Assembly (NCBI GenBank): GCA_963833985.1
Contig: CAWIAD010000001.1
Span: 288,001-352,000 of the forward strand
Reading direction: 5' to 3'
Length of the DNA stretch: 64,000 nucleotides
DNA from: an uncultured Planctomycetaceae bacterium
Lineage (GTDB): Bacteria > Planctomycetota > Planctomycetia > Isosphaerales > Isosphaeraceae
In this document: positions 31,548 to 40,185 of the stretch, in pieces
Position numbering within the stretch: the stretch's first letter is position 1
How the letters are laid out: every line of letters starts with the position of its first letter
Notes under the pieces: model-generated
What the model saw: only the letters and a program-made list of their open reading frames with translations
Databases searched by the model: none
What the model was told of the DNA's origin: nothing
Translations under genes and position numbers: made by a program

Positions 31548-32498
31548 TCACTCCCTGGCAGCCGCGGCGCCCAGGGCGTGGAGATGAGCCGCCACACAGG
31601 CAGCGAGAATCGGTACGTTGTACCCGCCTTCGAGCACGCTGAGGATGCGTCCCGCGGCATGGTGCTCTGCAACCTGGACGATCGCTCGCGTGATCGCCTC
31701 GAAGTCCTCCACTTGCAGGCCCAGGTCGCCCACGGGGTCCTCGGCATGAGCGTCGAACCCGGCGCTTACCAGGACGAGCTCGGGCTTGACCTTGTCTGCA
31801 AGGCTCTGCAAACCAACTCGAAATGAGTCGTGGTAGGCCTTCTGCGGCGTCCCGTGGGGCAGGGGGATGTTCAGCGTGTAGCCCAGTCCGGCTCCTGCGC
31901 CGGTCTCATCCCTGGCACCGCTGCCCGGGTAGAACGGATAGCGGTGAATCGACAGGAACGCCACGCGTTCGCTCTCATAGTAGATCTCCTGCGTGCCGTT
32001 GCCATGATGCACGTCGAAATCGACGATCAGGATCCGGTTCACCTGGAAGCGGGCGAGTGCCAGGGCCGCGGCAAGGGCCACGTTGGCAAAGAGGCAGAAG
32101 CCCATGGCATCGGCCGGGCGGGCGTGATGGCCGGGCGGCCGCGTCAAGCAAGCAGCGCGCTGGACGCGGCCGCCAACGATGTCCGTGACCGCTTGCAGCG
32201 CGGCGCCGGCCGCCAGGCGGGCGGCAAGCAAAGAATGAGGATAGACCCACGTATCCGGCTCGACGGCCCCGCCACCTCGAGCCTCAAGCTGCTCCAGTTC
32301 GCGGATGTAACCCAGTTCGTGAACCATCAGCAGCTCGGCACCCGTCGCCTCGCGGACAACACCCGCGGGACAGGCCGCCAGATCGCCCGTTCGCTCCAGG
32401 TGCCGCAAGATCGCCGTGAGACGCTCCGGCCGCTCGGGGTGCCGGGCCGGAACGCGGTGCTCGATCATGCGCCGATCGGTGTAGAGGGTGACAGCCAT
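31548..32498 (-). CDS. Histone deacetylase-family (Zn-dependent) deacetylase
   Basis: HPERPERL, RPPGHHA, GFC, DFDVHHGNGTQ, SAGFDAH, LEGGY. Confidence 0.95.
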   Translation of the reverse strand: MAVTLYTDRRMIEHRVPARHPERPERLTAILRHLERTGDLAACPAGVVREATGAELLMVHELGYIRELEQLEARGGGAVEPDTWVYPHSLLAARLAAGAALQAVTDIVGGRVQRAACLTRPPGHHARPADAMGFCLFANVALAAALALARFQVNRILIVDFDVHHGNGTQEIYYESERVAFLSIHRYPFYPGSGARDETGAGAGLGYTLNIPLPHGTPQKAYHDSFRVGLQSLADKVKPELVLVSAGFDAHAEDPVGDLGLQVEDFEAITRAIVQVAEHHAAGRILSVLEGGYNVPILAACVAAHLHALGAAAARE

Positions 32499-32646
32499 GA
32501 TTGCTCCTGAACGCAGCGTTCATGCCTTTATGGTGAGTCAGAGGCGGGGCAATAGGTGAATCATAGCAGAAACACGGCTTCTGCGGGCAAGCCTGCCTGA
32601 CGTGATGGACGCCGGTCCGTCCGGGTTCGCACATTCACTTGCAGAT

Positions 32647-32662
32647 CGTTTCACGTGAAACG
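32647..32662. promoter_or_regulatory. parS-like site
   Basis: Perfect 16-bp palindrome CGTTTCACGTGAAACG, intergenic. Confidence 0.8.
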
Positions 32663-32734
32663 GGATGAATGCGGCCCCCCCCCAATCGCTCCACCGTTTG
32701 CTGCCGCGAGGACGGTTCTGTAGAATCACTCATC

Positions 32735-34483
32735 ATGCTTCCAGCATCGAGCGATCCACCGCGCCATGGCCAGGTGAGACGCGAGTCCCTCGTCGTCGGA
32801 GTGCTTGTTCTTGCCGGCGCCGTCCTGCGGCTGTGGGGACTGAAGGCGCTGGGGTTCTCTCATTTCGACGAAGGGATCTACGCCACCGCCGGGCTGTACG
32901 CGCTGGCACCGGCAGGGCTGGCGAGCCTGGATCCGACCCTCATTCCTTACGCACCTGCCGGCTTCCCGGTACTCGTGGGCGTCTCCTATCTGCTCTTCGG
33001 CGTGAGCGACGTCGCGGCGATACTGGTCTCCATTGCCGCTGGCGCGCTCCTGGTGCCGGCGGCCGCTTGGCTGGCTGGCCGGACGTTCGGGGCAGGTGCC
33101 GGCGCCGCGGCCGCGGGGCTGGTGGCCTTCTCCGGATATCACGTGGCGTTCTCACGCATGGCTCTTGCCGATGCGTTGTTCTTGCTCGCTTTCGTGCTGG
33201 CGTTGATTTGCGGCCAGCGGTTCCTCGAACGGCCCAGGCTCGATCGGGCCATCCTCCTGGGGCTGAGCGTGGCACTCTGCCAGTGGGTCAAGTACAACGG
33301 CTGGCTGGCCGGTCTGCTGGTGATGGTCTCCGCCGCGCTGGGAATCGCACTTGACCCCGCGGAACGACGCGGCACGAGAATCCGCGCGGTCTGGGGATAC
33401 GGCCTGGTCGCCGTGGCGGTCGCCCTGGCGGCCTACTGGCCCTGGTTCGCCTTCGTCGAGGCGCACGGCGGGTATGCAGGGCTGATCCGCCACCACCGGG
33501 GCTATCTGAGTGGGCCGGAGTGCTGGCTGCCCTACCTGCGCGTTCAGCTCCGGCAAGCCGCAGCGCTCTCGGGCGGTCCTCCCTGGAACCTTGTGGAGTA
33601 CCTCTCCGCCGTGGCCGGCTGCGCGGTGGTGCAATACCCGCGGCTCAGGGCCGGCGTCCCGCGCTCCTGCCTGCTACTGGTGTTGCTCGCCCCCGTGGTC
33701 GTCTTCATCCCCTTCCTGTACTGGCCCATGGCCGCCGGATGCCTCCTCGACGGCCGCGTTTGGCGTCACCCCAGCCAGCGGCTGCTGGCCGTGGGATGGG
33801 TTGGCCTGTCCATCTTGACCCCGTTCTATCACCCCTATGCGCGGCTCTGGCTGCCGGTCCACTTCCTGAGCTGGATGCTCATCACGAACTCCGTCAGGAA
33901 CGTGCTGCTTTGCAACCAGGAAGCGCGCGGCAGGTTGACGGGCGCGTGGGATCGAGAGAATCGATACGGGCTGAACCTCCGAGAGTGGTTCGCCTGCGGG
34001 CTGGTGCTCCTCTGCATCGAGCTGCTCGGCCCGGAGCTGTTTCGCGCGCCGACGCTGGGTCCGCGCGAATTACCAGGTCCGCTGGCGGCCTCGGACTCGT
34101 TGCGGATCGCGGTGCGGCATGGTCTGTCCGATCTGCCGGAAGCCGCTGCCGGGCTGCGGCTCCTGGCTCGTCCGCCGGTGCGGTTCTATCTGGCGGGGCG
34201 GGTGCCGGTCATCGTGGAGCCCGACCTGGCCCATCTGCGACTCCCCGGCAATCCGAGGTTCTGGGCGCTGGTGGACCAGGCTCAGCTTCGCCAGGAAGGA
34301 GACCTGAACGGGGCGACCGATGCGCTCCTGGAGCACTGGGAGGTGGTCCGTGAGTACCCATCGCGGTTGAGCTTGCCGGCGCTCCTGGACACCGATCCCG
34401 ACGCGGCCCGAGCCGGCAGGTCCTCCGCGGTGTACGCCCCGCTATGGCTGATGCGGCCGCGAATGGGAGGACCGGCCCGATGA
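32735..34483 (+). CDS. GT-C glycosyltransferase (ArnT/PMT, GT39-like)
   Basis: HFDEGIY after the first TM, FSRMALAD, WVKYNG; multi-TM; start uncertain. Confidence 0.8.
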   Translation: MLPASSDPPRHGQVRRESLVVGVLVLAGAVLRLWGLKALGFSHFDEGIYATAGLYALAPAGLASLDPTLIPYAPAGFPVLVGVSYLLFGVSDVAAILVSIAAGALLVPAAAWLAGRTFGAGAGAAAAGLVAFSGYHVAFSRMALADALFLLAFVLALICGQRFLERPRLDRAILLGLSVALCQWVKYNGWLAGLLVMVSAALGIALDPAERRGTRIRAVWGYGLVAVAVALAAYWPWFAFVEAHGGYAGLIRHHRGYLSGPECWLPYLRVQLRQAAALSGGPPWNLVEYLSAVAGCAVVQYPRLRAGVPRSCLLLVLLAPVVVFIPFLYWPMAAGCLLDGRVWRHPSQRLLAVGWVGLSILTPFYHPYARLWLPVHFLSWMLITNSVRNVLLCNQEARGRLTGAWDRENRYGLNLREWFACGLVLLCIELLGPELFRAPTLGPRELPGPLAASDSLRIAVRHGLSDLPEAAAGLRLLARPPVRFYLAGRVPVIVEPDLAHLRLPGNPRFWALVDQAQLRQEGDLNGATDALLEHWEVVREYPSRLSLPALLDTDPDAARAGRSSAVYAPLWLMRPRMGGPAR

Positions 34484-35844
34484 GTCAGAACACGCGGCCT
34501 CCCGTATCACTCTGGCCCGACCCCGAGGCCCTTGGCCCGGTCACTGACCTGTACCAGCTCACGATGATGGCTGGTTACCTGGCGGCGGGCATGGAGCACA
34601 GGAGCGCCACCTTCGAGCTGTTCATCCGTCGCATGCCGCCGCATCGCGCGTACCTGGTGTTCGCCGGGCTCGAGCAGGCCGTTGGCGACCTTCTGAGTCT
34701 GGCCTTCTCGGGCGCGCAGATTGCCGCGCTGCGTCAAATCCCGGCCTTCGCACACGTTGACCCGGCATTTTTCCGTTTTCTCGAGTCGCTCCGGTTCCAG
34801 GGCGACATCTGGGCCGTGCCCGAGGGGACGATCGTGTTCCCCGGTGAGAGCCTGCTGCGCGTGACGGCGCCCTTGCCCCAGGCGCAGTGGGTGGAGACCT
34901 TCTTGCTCGCCTCGCTCGCTTATCCCACGCTGGTTGCGTCCAAGGCCGCGCGCGCGGTGACCGCGGCGCGCGGCCGCACGCTCATCGACTACGGCGCGCG
35001 AAGGGGGCACGGGCCGCACGCGGGGTTGCTCGCCGCCCGGGCGGCCTACATCGCCGGGTTCCACGGCACCAGCCAGGTCGAGGCGGCCTGGAGAGCGGGC
35101 ATCCCCGCTTCGGGTACGATGGCTCACTCGTGGATTCAATCCTTCGATTCCGAGGCCGAGGCGTTCGCCGCCTATGCGCGAACGTTTCCCGAGACGACGA
35201 CGCTCCTCATCGACACCTACGACACACTCGCCGGCGCACACCATGCGGCCGGCATCACCCCTGCGGTCCGGGCCGTCCGGATCGACAGCGGCGATCTGGC
35301 ACTCCTGTCCCGGCAGGTCCGGCAGATCCTTGACTCTCAGGACCGCAAGGAGGTCCAGATCCTGGTCTCGGGAGACCTCGACGAGTACCGGATCGCGGAA
35401 CTCCTGCATGCGAGCGCTCCCATCGACGGGTTCGGCGTGGGCACCGAGCTGATCACATCCCGCGATGCCCCCGCGCTCTCCATGGTGTACAAGCTTGTCG
35501 AGATCGACGGAGTGGGGAGGATCAAGCTCAGCCCCGGCAAGAAGACCTATCCCATGGCCAAGCAGATCGACCGCCGGCGTGACGCCGCGGGGCTCTTTGC
35601 CGGTGACCTGGTCACCCGGGCCGACGAGCCGGCCGAGGGCGAAGCGCTGCTGGTTCCGATTGTCAAACAGGGCCGTCTGCTCGGCGAACTGCCGGACCTG
35701 CGGACCATCCGCGGCCGGTGTGCCGCCCAGCTCGCCGCGCTTCCCGAACGGCTCAAGGCACTCGACGCCACACCCAGCTATCCGGTCACTTACAGCGATC
35801 TCCTGGAAGCCGACGCCGGGAGACTCATGGAGCAAGGGCGATGA
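34480..35844 (+). CDS. pncB: Nicotinate phosphoribosyltransferase
   Basis: TDLYQLTM, DYGARR, GTMAHSW, LIDTYD, VRIDSGD, FGVGT, VYKL. Confidence 0.95.
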   Translation: MSQNTRPPVSLWPDPEALGPVTDLYQLTMMAGYLAAGMEHRSATFELFIRRMPPHRAYLVFAGLEQAVGDLLSLAFSGAQIAALRQIPAFAHVDPAFFRFLESLRFQGDIWAVPEGTIVFPGESLLRVTAPLPQAQWVETFLLASLAYPTLVASKAARAVTAARGRTLIDYGARRGHGPHAGLLAARAAYIAGFHGTSQVEAAWRAGIPASGTMAHSWIQSFDSEAEAFAAYARTFPETTTLLIDTYDTLAGAHHAAGITPAVRAVRIDSGDLALLSRQVRQILDSQDRKEVQILVSGDLDEYRIAELLHASAPIDGFGVGTELITSRDAPALSMVYKLVEIDGVGRIKLSPGKKTYPMAKQIDRRRDAAGLFAGDLVTRADEPAEGEALLVPIVKQGRLLGELPDLRTIRGRCAAQLAALPERLKALDATPSYPVTYSDLLEADAGRLMEQGR

Positions 35845-37247
35845 AGAGCCGCGAAACCAAGCACGCCGTTTCGAACCGTCGGTCCGAACCGGCGCGCCGA
35901 CTGGTTCCCGTGTTCCTGTTGATGGCCTTCATGGTGTCGTGCGCCGGGGCCGAAGAGCATAGCGCCGGCTCTCTCCCGGCAGCCCGGCACGGCGGGGAGC
36001 TGGTGCACGCCCCGCTCAATCCGCCGTTCTGGTCGCTCCGGGCGTATCACGAGGCATGGAGGCAGTGGGGCGTGGCCGACAGACCCGCCGATTACGATCG
36101 CGCCTTCCGCGACCGCTACGGCTTACATCCGGCGCCCTTCCAGAACGGGGGCCTTGCGCTGGGACTCGTGCGCTCACGCGGGTTGCTGGGCCTCGGGCAA
36201 GGGCTGGGGAGCGATTGCCTGCTCTGCCACGCCGGCACGGTTGCCGGGCAGACGATCATTGGCCTGGGAAACCCGGCTCTCGACATGGAGTCGCTCTACG
36301 AGGACCTTGCCGCGGCCGACCGGCTTGACCCGCAAATGCCGCTCCGCCTCTGCAACGTGCGCGGTACCACCGAGGCCTCCAACTTCGCCATCTACCTGAT
36401 GCAATTTCGTGACGCGGAGCTGAGGCACCGTATCCCCGTCAAGTACGCGATCTGCGAGGACCTCTGCGAGGACGTGCCCGCCTGGTGGCACTTCAAGAAG
36501 AAGAAAACACTCTACCACCTTGGTGTGGCCGACAGCCGGTCGGTCCGGACGCTCATGCCGTTTCTGCTGATCCCGGGCAACAGCGCCCAGAAGATCAAGG
36601 ACCTGGAGCCCCGCTTCGCAGACATCCGTGCCTATCTGCTGAGCCTGGAGCCTCCGCGTTATCCCTACGCCATCGATCGCGCCCTGGCGGAGCGGGGCCG
36701 GCCGATCTTCGAGGACCACTGTGCGCGTTGCCATGGCACGTACGGGGGCAGCGGGCATTATCCCAACAAGCTGGTGGCTCTGGATGTGATTGGCACCGAT
36801 CCCACCCTGGCCAGCGCGTTTGCCCCCGACGGCGTGGCGCATTACCTCGAAAGCTGGTTTGCCCGCGAGCGCGGTCCCGCCGGCGAGCCCTATCACGGTC
36901 TGGGAGGAGGAGGTTACCAGGCACCGCCGCTGGACGGCGTTTGGGCGACGGCACCCTACTTCCACAACGGATCCGTTCCAACGATCTATCATGTTTTGAA
37001 GTCGAGCACTCGGCCACGGCTCTTCACGCGCAGCTTCCGTGGTGATGACGCGGAGTACGACCGCCAGAAGCTGGGGCTGGTGATCGACAGGCTGACTCAC
37101 GCGCCGGGCCCCGAGCGACCGGCCTTCGAGCGCCGCAAGGTGTATAACGCGGACTTGCCGGGTCAGGGCAATGGAGGGCACACCTTTGGCGATGCGCTGG
37201 GCGAGAACGAGCGCATGGCGTTGATCGAGTACCTCAAGTCGCTGTGA
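35841..37247 (+). CDS. Di-heme c-type cytochrome (RoxA/peroxidase-like C-terminus)
   Basis: CLLCH and CARCH; YQAPPLDGVWATAPYFHNGSVPT; LIEYLKSL; N-terminal hydrophobic segment. Confidence 0.85.
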   Translation: MKSRETKHAVSNRRSEPARRLVPVFLLMAFMVSCAGAEEHSAGSLPAARHGGELVHAPLNPPFWSLRAYHEAWRQWGVADRPADYDRAFRDRYGLHPAPFQNGGLALGLVRSRGLLGLGQGLGSDCLLCHAGTVAGQTIIGLGNPALDMESLYEDLAAADRLDPQMPLRLCNVRGTTEASNFAIYLMQFRDAELRHRIPVKYAICEDLCEDVPAWWHFKKKKTLYHLGVADSRSVRTLMPFLLIPGNSAQKIKDLEPRFADIRAYLLSLEPPRYPYAIDRALAERGRPIFEDHCARCHGTYGGSGHYPNKLVALDVIGTDPTLASAFAPDGVAHYLESWFARERGPAGEPYHGLGGGGYQAPPLDGVWATAPYFHNGSVPTIYHVLKSSTRPRLFTRSFRGDDAEYDRQKLGLVIDRLTHAPGPERPAFERRKVYNADLPGQGNGGHTFGDALGENERMALIEYLKSL

Positions 37248-37266
37248 AGCGTGTACGGCCGCGCGG

Positions 37267-40185
37267 TCAAGGGCCGGCGGACTTGCCTGGCAGGCGGTCA
37301 TTGCGGGGGCTGGACAGGTCGACGCTGTAAACGCCACGTCCGTGCGTGACGGCGACGAGAACCCGGTTCATCCAGAAGAGGCCGTCCACGGGCACCTGGG
37401 CCGGTCCCTCGTTCACCGGCATCCACGAGACGCCGGCATCCGGGCTGCAATAGAGCCCGACCTCGGTGCCAAGGTAAAGAAACTCCGGGTGGTCAGGATG
37501 GAACGTCAGGCAGCGCAGGGGCGCCTCCAGCGGCTGTGCCTGGGGGCCTGAGGGAGCGGGACTGGGCTGGAGCGATGACGGCGGCTGCACGGGTAAAGGC
37601 TGCCAGGGCGCTCCCTCGCTGCGCCGCACCCAGAGGTTATCGGAGTGATATCCACCGAAGAGAACATACGTCTCGGCCGGCTGATGCGGGTTCACGACGA
37701 TCCGCGTGCAGTAACGGCCCTGAAGGAGCGGGGCGAGAGTCACGGCTTCCCACGCCGGGGACGCCGCGTTGGCCTCGCTCGTGCGGAAGATCCGGCCATC
37801 GTTGTGCCCGACCCAGACGATTTCGGAATCGCGGCCCGAGATGGCGAGGGTGCTGATCGGCACGAGCGTCTGGTCGAAAGTCCGATCGGCGATCGCGGGC
37901 TTGATGGCGTGCCAGCGCGGTCCGCTCTGCGGGTCCTGGACTGATGCCTCGACGCGTGCGTCTTCCGTGAGCCAGAGCTGTGCGCCTCCCACGAAGAGGC
38001 GCTGGCTTCGGAGCGGGTCGGCCAGGAACGGGGCAATGAAATTCGAATGGCCAAAGGGGGTCAGCGCGTCCCCGGTCGCGGCGAGGAAGGCGTCGCCAAT
38101 CCGGTAACCGGGCGGCCTCCAGGCCCGGACGTCCTGGGCGCTCTGGTTGCCAAGCAGCCCGACGATCGATGTTTCATCTCCCCTTGGCTTGCCTTTCTGG
38201 AACGTAGCGCGAGACAGAGAAAGGCTGTCGAAGGAATAGAAGAAACGCTCCACCGAGGTGTCGTGGACATCCGCGGAGCAGAGCCCTCCGTCACCGGAGT
38301 TCACCAGCGACCAGGAATCGCCATCCGCCCCGGGCTGCAACTGGCGGCTCAGAACTCCCATGTCCTGCGCGCCCGCGACGATGGTTCCCGTACGAGGATT
38401 ACCCGCGGCGCCGTAGAAGAGAAGCGTGCCCAGGCCGGAGTTTCTGGGCTTCCAGGAAGCGGGTCCTTCGAGCACCGGCTGCACCGTACGAATGTCATCA
38501 GCCAGCCAGACCCCACCGTCGCACCCGCAGTACAAGGCAATCTGGCCGCCGCCGGAAGCTGGATCGGGTCGGGCGGCCAGTGCGTGAAAGTCGGTGAGCG
38601 TTTCGAGCTTCGTCGGTCCCGGGTCAAGACTGATCCGGGTGAGGCTTTCACCACCGTCGGTGCTCCGGTAGAGATTGACTCCACCGACCACGAGGAGGTT
38701 CGAGTTGCCCGGATCTCCGGCCCACAGCGTGTTCGAGTAATCGCCGTGCCCGGCCAGGTAGTCGACCGGGGCGGTAAGGGCCGGGTCGGCCGCCGATCCG
38801 GCGCGGCACGCACTGTAGTGCCGCCCGCCGTCGCGGGAAACGAAGATCCGGGACTTGCGGCTTCTGGGAATATCGCCGAGGGCATAGGAGCTGGCGGAAC
38901 AGTAGACGATCTGGGGGTCGGCAAGCGCGTAGGCTAGCTCGGCGCGGTCCGTCCAGAGCCAGCCGTCGTGTGCGGCCAGGCTCCAGGTGGCGCCCCCGTC
39001 CTCTGAGTAATACGCTTCCGAGGCGCATGAGTCGTTTTGCTGGTCGGTCGTTTCCTCGAAGCCGCCGGCGACCGTCCTGGCGGGAAGGGACGGGTGGAAC
39101 TCAACGTCCGCGACGGGGCCGTTGATCGGCCCCACGCGCTGGATTTGCGGTGCGGAGGCTTCGGGGTTGACGATCCGGAAGAGGCCCCGGTGCGTGGCGG
39201 CCAGCAGCACGGTGGTGGTCGGGTTCACCGAGGCAATCGCCAGGCGGTTGATGAAGTCAAACGGTTCGGTATGCGTGCCGGGTACCCGTTTCCATCCAGT
39301 TTCCGGAGTGGCGGCCTCGCGGGTGAAGATGCCGGAGCCGCGCACTCCGAGCGGCCTCCCGCCGGGATCAGCCTGGCGGGTTTCAGGATCGCGGTTATCG
39401 CCGACCATCTCGCCGGTTCCCACATAGAGCCTATCGCTTCGCGGATCCAGGCAGAGCGAGGAGACCGCCAGGTTCGACGGATACGCGCTGTCGAGCCGCC
39501 ATGAGGCGCCCCCATCGACGCTGTCCCACACGCCCCCGCTGACACTCCCCGTCCACATCCGCTGGGGCTGACGAGGATCGATGACGATGGACCGCGTCCG
39601 GCCGCCCACGCTTCTGGGGCCCAGCCAGTACCATTGGGCCGGCCTGGTCGTCAGCCAGTCGGTCTCTTTTTCCGGGCCGACAAGCAGTCCGGCGAAGTGG
39701 ACATCCTGGTTCAGCAGCCCGCAGGCGTCCCGGCAAGCCTGGATCGAACGGTCCCAGACCTCGGCAGGCCGGCGCCTTGTCTCCTCGGTGGAGAGCTGCC
39801 GCTGGCTGGCCCTCGAGACCACATCGCTGTACTCATCTTCATTCCCGTCGCGCGAGGGCGCGGCCCCGGCCCCGGCCGGCTGAGGGGCCGGCGCCGGCTG
39901 GCTTCCCCGTGTCAGGACCGCGGCAGCAGGCTGGGCACCCAGCGGACCGGCCAGCAACAACGTGACGACCATGGCCAGCATGCAAGGTCCCGGCAGCACG
40001 GGGCGGAAATCAGCATTCCGCCGGCATCGGACGGGGGCCCTGGCGCTGGGGCTCTCGGGAGCGCGGCTCCAGCTCGTGCATGGGTTGCGTGGGCAGTTCA
40101 TGAGGGCACCTGCTGGTCCAGCCGGCCAGGCGCCTCGGTCATGCTCCCAGCTCGACCCTGGCCCGGATCCGGTGACTCCGCTCAC
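37267..40185 (-). CDS. Asp-box (BNR) repeat beta-propeller protein, probably secreted
   Basis: SVDGGASW, SEDGGATW, SRDGGRHY, STDGGES, SPDAGVSW, THGRGVY; start either GTG 40185 (overlapping the upstream stop) or ATG 39981 before a signal-like segment. Confidence 0.85.
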   Translation of the reverse strand: MSGVTGSGPGSSWEHDRGAWPAGPAGALMNCPRNPCTSWSRAPESPSARAPVRCRRNADFRPVLPGPCMLAMVVTLLLAGPLGAQPAAAVLTRGSQPAPAPQPAGAGAAPSRDGNEDEYSDVVSRASQRQLSTEETRRRPAEVWDRSIQACRDACGLLNQDVHFAGLLVGPEKETDWLTTRPAQWYWLGPRSVGGRTRSIVIDPRQPQRMWTGSVSGGVWDSVDGGASWRLDSAYPSNLAVSSLCLDPRSDRLYVGTGEMVGDNRDPETRQADPGGRPLGVRGSGIFTREAATPETGWKRVPGTHTEPFDFINRLAIASVNPTTTVLLAATHRGLFRIVNPEASAPQIQRVGPINGPVADVEFHPSLPARTVAGGFEETTDQQNDSCASEAYYSEDGGATWSLAAHDGWLWTDRAELAYALADPQIVYCSASSYALGDIPRSRKSRIFVSRDGGRHYSACRAGSAADPALTAPVDYLAGHGDYSNTLWAGDPGNSNLLVVGGVNLYRSTDGGESLTRISLDPGPTKLETLTDFHALAARPDPASGGGQIALYCGCDGGVWLADDIRTVQPVLEGPASWKPRNSGLGTLLFYGAAGNPRTGTIVAGAQDMGVLSRQLQPGADGDSWSLVNSGDGGLCSADVHDTSVERFFYSFDSLSLSRATFQKGKPRGDETSIVGLLGNQSAQDVRAWRPPGYRIGDAFLAATGDALTPFGHSNFIAPFLADPLRSQRLFVGGAQLWLTEDARVEASVQDPQSGPRWHAIKPAIADRTFDQTLVPISTLAISGRDSEIVWVGHNDGRIFRTSEANAASPAWEAVTLAPLLQGRYCTRIVVNPHQPAETYVLFGGYHSDNLWVRRSEGAPWQPLPVQPPSSLQPSPAPSGPQAQPLEAPLRCLTFHPDHPEFLYLGTEVGLYCSPDAGVSWMPVNEGPAQVPVDGLFWMNRVLVAVTHGRGVYSVDLSSPRNDRLPGKSAGP

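Noticed and set aside
14000..33000. oriC within the parS-rich region
   Set aside because: No DnaA-box cluster, AT-rich unwinding element or dnaA gene seen
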